DNA of 63,994 nt, filler included, from an uncultured Myxococcia bacterium (GTDB lineage: Bacteria; CAZTWC01): NCBI GenBank assembly GCA_964617105.1. It is 4 parts of 4 records of this genome, joined end to end, with 100 filler letters (N's around TTAATTAATTAA, not from the genome) between each part and the next. Parts side by side here need not be neighbours in the genome. Positions count along the whole stretch, not along the records: positions 35,876 to 53,544 come from CAZTWC010000053.1; positions 53,645 to 63,994 come from CAZTWC010000114.1; 2 more parts are not named here. One strand, written 5' to 3'. Below, piece by piece: positions 51,257-60,806 of this stretch. The notes beneath the pieces were generated by a model that made no database searches, was not told the DNA's origin, and saw nothing but the letters and a program-made list of their open reading frames with translations. How positions within the stretch are numbered: position 1 is the stretch's first letter; every line of letters starts with the position of its first letter. The position numbers and the translations under genes are program-made.

Positions 51257-52235
51257 ACCAGAAAATAGTAAACCGCAAAGATGAGCATATTGATATCTGC
51301 TTGAATAAACCGGTGGAAACTGGGTGCAGCAACGGGCTGGAACTCAGTTTTTGGGTAAGTCAACCTTGCCGTTGATGGTATCCCCCATGACCGGTGGCCC
51401 CGGTCGCACGGAATCTATCAATAATAATTTGGCCCTGGCTGCCCAGAAACGCCAATGGGCCCTGGGGCTGGGTTCAATGCGCGTCCTATTAGAAGACTCA
51501 AATTCGGCTTCAACCTTTAACCTGCGAAAGGTAGCCCCCCAGATATTGATTTTTGCCAACCTGGGTGCTGTTCAACTCAATTATGGCGTTGATGTTGATG
51601 ACTGTCTCCGGATAGTCGATTGGGCTGGCGCTGACGCCCTGATGCTACATATCAATCCCTTGCAGGAAGCTATGCAGCCGGAAGGAGATACAAATTTCTC
51701 CCGCCTATTAACCAAGATAGAAAAGGTTTGCCGCCAATTACCGGTGCCGGTTATTGCCCGGGAAGTCTCTTCTGGAATAGATTCCCATAGTGCGCATCAA
51801 CTAAAAGAGGCGGGAGTATTTGCCCTTGATACTGGTTCTATGGGGGGCACTTTTTGGCCTTTGGTTGAAGGTCTGCGGCAAAAAGACTGTTCTACGCAGC
51901 GGGCGTTATTGTTAGGTGAGTTGGGATATAACCTGAAGGAATCTATAGAGAATATCCGCTCGGTTTCAGATGATATACCCATCCTGGCCTCCGGAGGCCT
52001 GCGCACTGGTTTAGATGCCGCCAAAGCCTTTGCTTTGGGAGCGGCTATGGCTGGCTTCGCCCGACCTCTATTGGCTCCAGCCCTGGAATCCTCCCTGGCG
52101 GTGGAGAGATTTATGGCTGAGATAGAAGAAACCTTACGATTGGTTATGTTTGGGGCCGGTTGCTGCCGTATAGAGGCGTTAAAAGGGCGAGTCCTAAGAA
52201 CAAAAAGAATTCCCGGGATTTTAATGCCGGGTTGA
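51253..52235 (+). pseudogene. fni: Type 2 isopentenyl-diphosphate isomerase, frameshifted with an apparent internal deletion
   Basis: MNQKIVNRKDEHIDICL in one frame (stop at 51375); TQFLGK..PMTGG, LGSMR, ANLGAVQL, HINPLQEAMQPEGD, ASGGLRTG in another frame. Confidence 0.8.
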
Positions 52236-52237
52236 AT
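52195..52237 (+). repeat. Dispersed palindromic repeat, copy 3
   Basis: TAAGAACAAAAAGAATTCCCGGGATTTTAATGCCGGGTTGAAT overlapping the fni 3' end. Confidence 0.8.
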
Positions 52238-52248
52238 AGAACAAAATT

Positions 52249-53544
52249 TTAGTCACTTTCTACTGAAATGGCGCCGCCTCCCCTGGTTTTGGCGTTTTCC
52301 AAAGCCTGTTCAACTCTACCGAAAAGAGATTTGCTATTATCTCCATCCCGGTAGGAGGCAATGCCCAGACTTATAGACAGGGTGGTGGATTTTTCATTAG
52401 AGGAAAAGGGGGTATCCCCAATTACTCGTAATAGTTTTTCCGCTTTTATTAAGCCCTGTTCAATACTCTGGTCAGGTAAAATAATACAAAAAATATCACT
52501 TCCATAACGGGTGAAATAATCATTTCCATCCAGAGCACCTTCTGAACGGTTTACCATTTCCTGCAGAAATTTGTCAGCAATGGAAAAACCAAAGATTTTG
52601 CTAACCTCTTTAAAGTGATCAATAGCGAACATAATCAGACTACCAGTTCCTTTGCCCGACCTCCAGTTTACCACTTCATCTGAAAGGCGGGGGGTAACGG
52701 CACGCCGGTTGGGGAGTCCGGTAAGGGGATCGATGTAGGTGATATGTCTGGTTTGAGATATCTCTTTCTCGAAATGTTCTATAGCTTCGCTGGCTCGATC
52801 CAGAGAGAGGGAAGCCTGGTTGAATTTTTTAGTGCTCTTGGTGGTTGCCATTTGAATATTGGAAGTAGCGAAAATGATGGCTTTTTTTATGCTGACAATA
52901 TCTTCCAAATGTTCAGCCGACTGTAGTTGAACCTGAAAAGATGATAGTTTTTTGCCGAAATCGGAACTGGTGGAGCCCACACTGGTAATGGTTTCCATCA
53001 GGGCGGTGATTATCTCTTTCAACTCCTTTTTTTGTTGCTCCATTTTTCCCAGGAGTTTAACAATGTCTTCCAGTATCCCCTTTAATTCATCGATAAATCC
53101 CCGGTATTCCAGAAAATCATCCTGGGAGATTTTATTGTTCAACTCCAGGATGATCTGTTGGAAATCTTTATTGCTTTTCGAAATTTGACCGGCAAATTGC
53201 AAGGCGATGCTAGATATCTCCCGAAACCAATCTTGAGCGTTTTTGATCTCAAACTCATCGTGAAGGATAAAATTTTTTATCTCAGTTTTAATGGCTTCCA
53301 GGGTGGGGATAGAATATTCCTGACAAAAGGAGTGATGGAGCAATTTTTTTCCTGATGCTGAAAGCAGCAGGTCGGAAATGCTTTTCAGTTCCTCCAGTTC
53401 TCTATCCATCTCCAGCGCCTGGTGCCGATACTTTTCTATCTCTTTCATAAGAGAAATATCTCTATCTTGGCCTACCACCTCCAGTTCTCTGGAATTAATA
53501 GGGCCAGCATTTTTTTGGCCCGATAGTTTTGCACTTTCACCCAA
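52249..53544 (-). CDS. Coiled-coil + degenerate GGDEF-domain protein, 5'-partial
   Basis: DPLTGLPNRR, AIDHFK, RYGSDIF, SISLGIA, ALENAKTRG. Confidence 0.85.
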   Translation of the reverse strand: MGESAKLSGQKNAGPINSRELEVVGQDRDISLMKEIEKYRHQALEMDRELEELKSISDLLLSASGKKLLHHSFCQEYSIPTLEAIKTEIKNFILHDEFEIKNAQDWFREISSIALQFAGQISKSNKDFQQIILELNNKISQDDFLEYRGFIDELKGILEDIVKLLGKMEQQKKELKEIITALMETITSVGSTSSDFGKKLSSFQVQLQSAEHLEDIVSIKKAIIFATSNIQMATTKSTKKFNQASLSLDRASEAIEHFEKEISQTRHITYIDPLTGLPNRRAVTPRLSDEVVNWRSGKGTGSLIMFAIDHFKEVSKIFGFSIADKFLQEMVNRSEGALDGNDYFTRYGSDIFCIILPDQSIEQGLIKAEKLLRVIGDTPFSSNEKSTTLSISLGIASYRDGDNSKSLFGRVEQALENAKTRGGGAISVESD

Positions 53545-53644
53545 NNNNNNNNNNNNNNNNNNNNNNNNNNNNNNNNNNNNNNNNNNNNTTAATTAATTAA
53601 NNNNNNNNNNNNNNNNNNNNNNNNNNNNNNNNNNNNNNNNNNNN
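53545..53644. other. Artificial contig linker
   Basis: N44-TTAATTAATTAA-N44. Confidence 0.99.
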
Positions 53645-53672
53645 ATATGAATAAATAGTATCATATATGTAT

Positions 53673-53800
53673 AGATTATGTCAAGCAGTTGTTTGCCCCT
53701 AAAAACCTGCCAAAGGTAAAATTGTCGCATTCCCTGTCTTGAACAAGTTACACCACGATTATAGGCTGACTGCTTAGCATAGGACTTTTCCCAGTATAAA
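53673..53800 (+). mobile_element. Degraded 3' end of an rve/integrase-core transposase gene
   Basis: Reads RLCQAVVCP*KPAKGKIVAFPVLNKLHHDYRLTA*, resembling the G.I...PVL.GLHH.Y..AA C-terminus of integrase-core IS transposases. Confidence 0.5.
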
Positions 53801-54045
53801 AGTAAAAGACACTATCTTTACGCCTAATTTATAATTTTCCCTGTCATTTCCTCCATTATTCTCCAATTTGACTAAAAAACGATGTTTCCCAGATTAAAAC
53901 ATCTGGGTCGAAGATCTTTTTAGTCCCGTATTAGTGGGAAAATGATTGGATTTAGTTTTCGGGCATCACCCGTAGCATTTTGGCCAGAGTGTTGACAGTG
54001 GAAAGAGAAAATCTATTTTTTACCGGCATCAAACTATCCTGACTT

Positions 54046-55356
54046 TCATTGATGATCTGACACATTCGTAAAATAATGGCCAGAAGGTGACAACACCCAG
54101 GCGATTGGAGCGGCCAGAATAGACTTGTTCAAATATTTTATCTCCTGGTCAAGAGAGAGAATAAGTGAAAAAATCAATGGTTTGTCAAGAAACTCTTCCA
54201 GGTTTCTCAAATGCCTGGCATCTGTGGCAGATATTCGTGCTTTTTGTTTAACTTCAATGGCAATAAATCCCTCTTCTAACTCCAGCAACAGATCTATTTC
54301 ACGTTTATCGTAAGTGCGGAGGTGAAAAAAATCAACCGGGAGATGGCTATTTTTTACCTGTTTGTATATCTCTGCCACCACCGCTGATTCAAATTCTTCA
54401 CCGGTCAATTCTCCCCGCCTATTCAATACCGACCGCATAACACCAGGATCGACAAAATGAACTTTGGGCATTTTTGTCAACCGTTTTTCCAAATTTCTAA
54501 AAAATGGCGGCAAGGTTATCAGTTGATAACTCAACTCGAGATAACGCAGAAACTTGCGAGCAGTAGCAGGAGAAATTGCCGCTAAACGGGCTAAATTAGA
54601 AAAATTGACCAGACGGCCAGAATAGGTGGCTATTGCCTTTTGAGCAAGGATAAAAGGCTCCAGGTCACGAATCAATGCCAGGTCAGACAAATCCCGCTCC
54701 AGGTAAGTACGCTGATAATCGTGCAACCACTGATAGCGTTCTTGAGCGTCTAATTGCTGATCGTGCATCAGCGGCATACCGCCAAATTGTAGGTAAAACT
54801 GAAATATTCGCAAGTAGCGTGAGAAATTTTGGCTGCCAGCCGGTATTCCAGTCAAAAGGCTCTTTTCTTTCGCTCCTGTTTTCAGCCAGGAAATAAGTCG
54901 AGAATCCCTGGCTTTGTCATCCCAGGACAGAGTTCCCATCTCCGGAAGAGTCAACGGCCATAACTCCTCAATGGCCACACGGCCAGCCAGACTCTCTTTT
55001 ACTTTTGACAACAGGAGAATTTGGCTACTGCCCAGGAGAATATAGCGAACATGGTTGGCTGAATCATAGGCAGCCTTAATTGTTTCAACAATTGATGGGG
55101 CTTTCTGAACTTCATCGATTATTGCTATGGGGTATTGTTCAATCCATTGAGCCGATGACATGCCGGAATATACTGGGCGAAGAACTGGATCTTCAACTGA
55201 AATGTAGGCAAAATGGGGCAATGTTTTTGTTATCAGGGTAGTCTTTCCTGTTTGGCGAGCACCTGTCAATACCAACAATCGGCCAAGTTTGCTTTTTAGC
55301 CGAGTTGTTATCCGGTTTTCCTGAAACCTGTTTAAAAGCGAATCAACCATGAGCAT
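54046..55356 (-). CDS. AAA_14 ATPase with DUF4143 (wHTH + PD-(D/E)xK-like) domain
   Basis: LTGARQTGKTT, IIDEVQKAP, LLGSS, ESLAGR, TYLERD, KMPKVHFVDPG, EIDLL..IAIEVK; start set downstream of the promoter. Confidence 0.9.
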   Translation of the reverse strand: MLMVDSLLNRFQENRITTRLKSKLGRLLVLTGARQTGKTTLITKTLPHFAYISVEDPVLRPVYSGMSSAQWIEQYPIAIIDEVQKAPSIVETIKAAYDSANHVRYILLGSSQILLLSKVKESLAGRVAIEELWPLTLPEMGTLSWDDKARDSRLISWLKTGAKEKSLLTGIPAGSQNFSRYLRIFQFYLQFGGMPLMHDQQLDAQERYQWLHDYQRTYLERDLSDLALIRDLEPFILAQKAIATYSGRLVNFSNLARLAAISPATARKFLRYLELSYQLITLPPFFRNLEKRLTKMPKVHFVDPGVMRSVLNRRGELTGEEFESAVVAEIYKQVKNSHLPVDFFHLRTYDKREIDLLLELEEGFIAIEVKQKARISATDARHLRNLEEFLDKPLIFSLILSLDQEIKYLNKSILAAPIAWVLSPSGHYFTNVSDHQ

Positions 55357-55383
55357 ATTATAAAAATAATAGTTTAGAAACTT

Positions 55384-55442
55384 TTTTGGCGTAATATTGT
55401 TAGCCCAGTAACTATTATACGCCAAAACTGTAAGGATAGCAA
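55384..55442 (-). promoter_or_regulatory. Promoter with overlapping inverted repeat (operator-like)
   Basis: Minus strand TTGCTA-17-TATAAT (55442-55414); IR TTTTGGCGTA (55384-55393) / TACGCCAAAA (55418-55427). Confidence 0.6.
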
Positions 55443-55505
55443 TTTTAAATTACTCAGAGCATTTCTATATGTGGGATTGGGAAACAACCAAAAAAGGTGG
55501 TAAAA

Positions 55506-55901
55506 TCAGCATTTAATTATTTTCAACATAAGGTGGCGGGAAAACGGATTAAAATCTTTATCATTGTGCAGCAGTGAAATACTGTTTTCGATACAATATG
55601 TAGCAATTAAACAATCAATAGTTTTTCTTACGGTGATCCCCTTTTTCCGCAAATTGCGATAATTTTCAGCACTTTTTATAGCGATAGAGAAATTTACCAG
55701 GTTAACCTTTTTAAAAAGTGATAGATGATCATGAGCCAATTTAAAATCTCTGTCAGAAGTAAAACCTTGAAGTATTTCTGTTAAAATCAGATCTCCGATG
55801 ATAATAAAATCTCTCGACAATAAATGATCTAACCGTTCAACTTGCCAATTTGAGGCACCATTAAAATAGTCAATCCAAACAGAACTGTCCACCAGAACCA
55901 C
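55506..55901 (-). CDS. vapC: PIN-domain toxin
   Basis: VLVDSSVWIDY, EILQG, TIDCLIA, LLHNDKDF. Confidence 0.93.
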   Translation of the reverse strand: MVLVDSSVWIDYFNGASNWQVERLDHLLSRDFIIIGDLILTEILQGFTSDRDFKLAHDHLSLFKKVNLVNFSIAIKSAENYRNLRKKGITVRKTIDCLIATYCIENSISLLHNDKDFNPFSRHLMLKIIKC

Positions 55902-56093
55902 TTAATCACACCTCATCTCATCCAGATTGCCTTCCCAGGATAATTTGCCTTTTAGTAATCTAATCTTTTCTTGGGATTTTAGTTGGACTAACAATCTCAA
56001 CCCTTCCTCAACAACCGCTTTTTTGGTTTTAAGGTTGGTGATTTTAAGAGCACGATCCATTAATTCATCATTGATAACGATATTTGTCCTCAT
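55902..56093 (-). CDS. vapB: VapB-family antitoxin
   Basis: MRTNIVINDELM, KTKKAVVEEGL, WEGNLDEMR; GGAG RBS before ATG 56093. Confidence 0.92.
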   Translation of the reverse strand: MRTNIVINDELMDRALKITNLKTKKAVVEEGLRLLVQLKSQEKIRLLKGKLSWEGNLDEMRCD

Positions 56094-56123
56094 AATTAAC
56101 TCCAATGCGCATTTATACTTAAC

Positions 56124-56152
56124 ATTATACACATTGGCAGAAAAAATGTAAA
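56124..56152 (-). promoter_or_regulatory. vapBC promoter
   Basis: Minus strand TTTACA-17-TATAAT. Confidence 0.6.
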
Positions 56153-56192
56153 TAGTTAATTTGTGTTGAGCATTTCTATATGTAAATTAAAG

Positions 56193-56241
56193 TGTCACTC
56201 CCGCGAGGTTTGTTCTCAACTTGATTGGGGTGGGGGAATCC
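56193..56241 (+). repeat. REP-like palindromic element (GTCAYTCCCGCG...GGGAATCC type), degenerate
   Basis: TGTCACTCCCGCG...TTCTCAACTTGATTGGGG..GGGAATCC nested hairpin; single copy in this window. Confidence 0.55.
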
Positions 56242-56354
56242 TTATAATTAATCGTCACATTTTCTTTGTTGCTAAGGTATATTTAAAAAAGACCAGTGAT
56301 AATACAATCGCAAAAAGTAGGTAAACACTATCTGCAACAGGAGTTATTGTTGAT

Positions 56355-57638
56355 ATGAATAAAAATAGATTCATTCATTTATTACTTTTTATTTTGATAA
56401 TCGGGTTTGGGGCGGGAATTCGTTTTTATCTCATATCTTCCAGAACCACTCCAGAGCAATTACCAACTCTTAGTTTGCCAACAGTTGTAGAGGTGATAAA
56501 AATTTCTCCTGTGGAAGAACAGCTGGAGATCAGTTCGATGGGGATGGTTGTGCCGGCCAAATCAGTTACCATATTACCAGAGGTAAAAGGACGTATCATC
56601 TATCAAAATCCTCAACTGGTACCCGGTGGCCGCATACGGCGTGATCAGGTGATTGTTCGGATAGATCCGCAAGAGTATGACCTGGCCATCAGGCAACAAC
56701 TGGCCAGTGTTGCCCAGGCTAAATTAAAGGTGGCCACTGAACGGGGGCGCAAGACTGTAGCCCAGGAGGAATGGAATTTAACTGATCACAACATTAAACC
56801 CACTGGTGAAAGTAAAAGACTGGCACTCCATGAAATACAACTTGAAAGTGCACAAATTGCTCTGGATGCGGCCAAGAGCAACCTCGAAAGAGCGCAGTTG
56901 CTACAAAAGCGCACGACTATCAAGGCACCTTTTGATGCCCTGGTAATCGAGGAATTCGTTGACCTCGGCCAGGTGGTTTCACAAAACTCCCGAATAGCCA
57001 CTTTAGTGGGTAGAGATAAATTTTGGGTGCGCGTTTCCATCCCCACCGATCAACTGAGATGGCTAGATATCCCAAATGTAAATAATAAACGGGGCTCTCT
57101 GACAACGGTTGTATATCATCCAGCTCCTGACTTAAAAATCGAGCGTAAAGGTCGAATAGCCAGATTGATGGGAGATTTAGAACCCAGGGGAAAAATGGCT
57201 CGATTGCTGGTTGAAATTGATGATCCCCTTGGCGAAAAAACAAAGAACAAACACGCGGGCACAAATATTCCTCTATTTCTTGGCGCCTATGTGCGGGTTA
57301 AAATCAAAGGGCAAAAAGTAACCAATGTTTTTAACCTGCCCCGAAGTGCTCTCAGGGAACAAAACCAAATTTGGATAAAAAACAAAGAGAACAAGTTGGA
57401 ATTCCGGCAAATCAATATTGTCATATCCCAAACAAATACCGTGCTTGTGCGTGGTGATATTCGCCCGGACGATCAAATAATTACCAATCGAATCTCCACC
57501 CCAATAGAGGGACTTTTGGTAATGACACCAGAGGAGGCTGCCGATTTTCAAAAATCTCGACCCAAACCGACCAGTTCGCAGAAAGGGAAAAAAGGTCTGC
57601 TAAATCAAATAAAGAGAACAAAACGTCATGACAGATAA
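56355..57638 (+). CDS. RND efflux periplasmic adaptor (MFP)
   Basis: PEVKGRI, lipoyl-like RIDP.EY, TIKAPFDA, LPRSAL. Confidence 0.92.
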   Translation: MNKNRFIHLLLFILIIGFGAGIRFYLISSRTTPEQLPTLSLPTVVEVIKISPVEEQLEISSMGMVVPAKSVTILPEVKGRIIYQNPQLVPGGRIRRDQVIVRIDPQEYDLAIRQQLASVAQAKLKVATERGRKTVAQEEWNLTDHNIKPTGESKRLALHEIQLESAQIALDAAKSNLERAQLLQKRTTIKAPFDALVIEEFVDLGQVVSQNSRIATLVGRDKFWVRVSIPTDQLRWLDIPNVNNKRGSLTTVVYHPAPDLKIERKGRIARLMGDLEPRGKMARLLVEIDDPLGEKTKNKHAGTNIPLFLGAYVRVKIKGQKVTNVFNLPRSALREQNQIWIKNKENKLEFRQINIVISQTNTVLVRGDIRPDDQIITNRISTPIEGLLVMTPEEAADFQKSRPKPTSSQKGKKGLLNQIKRTKRHDR

Positions 57639-60600
57639 CCATACACTTAGCAACGGGCCAATATCCTGGATGGCCAAAAATCCGGTGGCCGCCAATTTAC
57701 TTATGGTGATGTTGATAGTCATTGGATTGATGGTCAGTTTTAAACTTCGCAAAGAGGTCTTTCCGCAAATCTCTCTCGATCAAGTCTCGGTGAGCGTGGC
57801 CTATCCCGGTGCCAGCCCTGCCGAGGTGGAACAAGGTATTCTGCTGGTTGTGGAAGAGGCGGTACGCTCTTTGGATGGAGTAAAGGAAGTCCACTCCACG
57901 GCGAGTGAAGGTATCGGCACCGTGGCCATTGAACTTAGGGTAGGCACTGACAGGGACAAGGCCCTTGCCGATGTAAAAAATACCATCGACCGGATCACTT
58001 CGTTACCCAAAGAGGCTGAGAGACCACAGGTGCGTATTCCCGAAATTAAATCTCAAGCAATAAGTCTGGTTCTGTACGGTGATCAAAAAGAGAAAATTTT
58101 GCGGACAGTAGCCGAGCGGGTCAGAGAGGAATTGTTACAACTACCTGAAATCACTCAGGTGGACCTAAAAGGAATACGGCCGCTGGAAATCGGCATCGAA
58201 GTTTCTCAGCAAACCCTGCGCTCCTATAATTTGACCTTGCAGCAAATTGCCGGGCAGGTGAGACGAACAGCCATTGAAATGCCGGCAGGTAGCGTAAATA
58301 CCAAAGATGGCGATATCCTGTTGCGAACGACAGAGCGTCGCAATCTGGGGGTTGATTTCGCTAATATTCCAATAGTTTTTGGCGGTGATACCGACCCGGT
58401 AAAATTGGGTGACCTGGCAACAATACGGGACGGATTTGCCGAAACCGATGTTTATGCCTATTTTAACGGAAAACCAGCTGTTTACCTCAATGTTTTCAGC
58501 GTGGGCGATCAGTCACCTACAGATACCGGCATGGCAGTCAAACAATATGCCAAAAATCTTCATCAGCGATTACCTCCCGGCATTACAGCAACTACCTGGA
58601 AAGATAGAACTGAGTTATTTGAGCAACGGGTGGATCTATTACTTGGCAACGCCATGATTGGTCTGGCTGTAGTTCTTGTTATACTTGGACTTTTCCTGGA
58701 AATCAGGTTGGCGTTTTGGGTTAGTATGGGAATTCCCATATCATTTCTGGGTTCAATAATCCTCCTGCCGGTATTTGGCGTATCACTGAACATGATCTCC
58801 ATGTTTGCTTTCCTGGTTACCCTGGGGATGGTTGTTGATGATGCCATTGTGGTCGGTGAAAATATATTTCGTCTGAGGAGCAGAGGTGTTCCTCTTCTAA
58901 AGGCGGCAATACTGGGAGCCAAAGAAGTGGCAACACCGGTATTTTTCTCGATTGCCACCACCATGGCGGCGTTTTCACCGCTTTTGTTTGTTCCTGGTGC
59001 ACACGGGAAAATAACCGTTTGTATTCCCATTATAGTTATTCTTGTTTTGTTCATTTCTCTTATTGAATCGTTCTTTGTGTTGCCTTCTCACCTGGGACAC
59101 CGTTTTATCAACAAGGAAAATCGTTTTTTGTCACCAGTTTTTAACCTGCAAAAACGTTTCTCAAAATTAGTGGAACGCTTTATAGAGAGAGTTTATCGCC
59201 CTCTTGTGGTTGTGACTATTCACTACCGGTGGATTGTGGTGGCGGTTAGTATAGCAATTTTTCTGGTAACTACCGGCCTGGTTTCTGGTGGCAAAGTAAA
59301 ATTCATCGATTTCCCCAAGGAAGAAACCGACTGGGCAACCGCTCAAATCACACTACCCTACGATGTCTCAATCGATAAAACCAGAACGGTGATGCAAAAG
59401 TTAGTTAATTCAGCATTAAAGGTAATTGAAAAGAATGGAGGCAGCAAAGTTAGTCGCGGCGTATTTTCTACCATAGGCGCATCCAGCGGAATTTCAGGGC
59501 CCAGATCTCGAACATCTGCAACTGGAAGTAATATTACCTCGGTCACAGTCGCTTTTGTTCCCATAGATCAGCGGCCATTTAGTTCTTTTGGATTTATTGA
59601 AAAATGGCGGGCAGAATTGGGTATTATTGGCGGCATTGATACCATCTCTTTCAGTTCCACCATGAGGGGTAGCACAAAACCGATTGATTTGGAGATATCA
59701 CATCAGGATATCGAAGTCCTGGAGACTATATCCGCCAGGGTGGCAAATCACCTGGCCAGATTTGAGGGAGTCTTTGATATAGATAATGGTATCGAACTGG
59801 GAAAACCACAGTTGGATTTTACTCTTACCGAGGCTGGTATCAATGCCGGCTTGACATCTTTGGACCTGGCTTCCCAGGTGCGTTCTTCATTCTATGGCTC
59901 AGAAGTATTACGACAGCAGAGAGGCCGAAATGAAGTAAAGGTAATGGTTCGTTTGCCACGCAAAGAACGGGAATCTATCTATAGCCTGGAAGAGATGATA
60001 ATTCGCACTCCCAATGGCGGAGAAATCCCCTTGAAACAGGCGGCCAGAGTACACCGTGGCCGGGCTTACAACTCTATCAGTCGCACAGATGGAAAACGAA
60101 CTATCCGGGTCAAGGCCGATGTCAAAGAGGATAAGGCCAATCCCAGAGAGGTGGTAGCTTCCCTGTACAAAAATGTGACACCAAAATTACTCAGAAATAA
60201 TCATGGTCTCAGTTTTGAAGTTTCTGGCCGGCAAAAGGGCATGAAAGATTTTTTCTCCTATATGATCACCGGTTTTGCCATAGCACTAATTGCCATCTAC
60301 GGTCTGTTGGCGATCCCCTTGAGGAGTTATCTCCAACCCATATTCGTGGTTATGGCGGCAATTCCCTTTGGCTACGTTGGGGCAGTATTCGGACACTTGA
60401 TTATGGGGATGGACTTGTCAATATTCAGTATATTGGGAATTGTGGCACTGGCAGGAGTTGTGGTAAACGATTCAATAGTGTTTGTCCACACGGCAAATGG
60501 CTTTCGAAACCAGGGAATTCCAGTTATTGAGGCCATATCCAATGCTGCACAGCAACGGTTTAGACCTATTATTCTGACTACCTTAACTACCTTTGGTGGA

Positions 60601-60762
60601 TTAGCGCCGATTATTTTTGAGACCTCTTTTCAAGCACGGATGATTATACCAATGGCGGTCAGCCTGGGTTTTGGAATCATTTTTTCAACATTTTTTGTTC
60701 TTTTTTTGATTCCGTCACTGTTTGTGATAATTGAAAATTTACGTTTGTGGTTAAAACAATAA
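57628..60762 (+). CDS. RND efflux permease (AcrB/AcrD/AcrF family)
   Basis: NPVAANLLM, YPGASPAEVE, GMVVDDAIVVGE, RFRPIILTTLTT; 1044 aa. Confidence 0.95.
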   Translation: MTDNHTLSNGPISWMAKNPVAANLLMVMLIVIGLMVSFKLRKEVFPQISLDQVSVSVAYPGASPAEVEQGILLVVEEAVRSLDGVKEVHSTASEGIGTVAIELRVGTDRDKALADVKNTIDRITSLPKEAERPQVRIPEIKSQAISLVLYGDQKEKILRTVAERVREELLQLPEITQVDLKGIRPLEIGIEVSQQTLRSYNLTLQQIAGQVRRTAIEMPAGSVNTKDGDILLRTTERRNLGVDFANIPIVFGGDTDPVKLGDLATIRDGFAETDVYAYFNGKPAVYLNVFSVGDQSPTDTGMAVKQYAKNLHQRLPPGITATTWKDRTELFEQRVDLLLGNAMIGLAVVLVILGLFLEIRLAFWVSMGIPISFLGSIILLPVFGVSLNMISMFAFLVTLGMVVDDAIVVGENIFRLRSRGVPLLKAAILGAKEVATPVFFSIATTMAAFSPLLFVPGAHGKITVCIPIIVILVLFISLIESFFVLPSHLGHRFINKENRFLSPVFNLQKRFSKLVERFIERVYRPLVVVTIHYRWIVVAVSIAIFLVTTGLVSGGKVKFIDFPKEETDWATAQITLPYDVSIDKTRTVMQKLVNSALKVIEKNGGSKVSRGVFSTIGASSGISGPRSRTSATGSNITSVTVAFVPIDQRPFSSFGFIEKWRAELGIIGGIDTISFSSTMRGSTKPIDLEISHQDIEVLETISARVANHLARFEGVFDIDNGIELGKPQLDFTLTEAGINAGLTSLDLASQVRSSFYGSEVLRQQRGRNEVKVMVRLPRKERESIYSLEEMIIRTPNGGEIPLKQAARVHRGRAYNSISRTDGKRTIRVKADVKEDKANPREVVASLYKNVTPKLLRNNHGLSFEVSGRQKGMKDFFSYMITGFAIALIAIYGLLAIPLRSYLQPIFVVMAAIPFGYVGAVFGHLIMGMDLSIFSILGIVALAGVVVNDSIVFVHTANGFRNQGIPVIEAISNAAQQRFRPIILTTLTTFGGLAPIIFETSFQARMIIPMAVSLGFGIIFSTFFVLFLIPSLFVIIENLRLWLKQ

Positions 60763-60806
60763 GGCCATTAAAAAGTTAGCATTTACAAGATCTGGAGTAG
60801 ACAAAG

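Larger units (their letters stand above)
55457..56183. repeat. 16-bp perfect direct repeats bracketing vapBC
   Basis: GAGCATTTCTATATGT at 55457-55472 and 56168-56183. Confidence 0.85.

Noticed and set aside
51340-51356. T5 run as a programmed -1 frameshift site in fni
   Set aside because: Conserved residues in the new frame begin before the run, and a conserved segment is missing, which slippage cannot restore
53659-53686. dif-like site (TATAGA-TTATGTCAAGC)
   Set aside because: The XerD-like arm is plausible but the XerC arm lacks the ATAA end, and it overlaps the transposase relic
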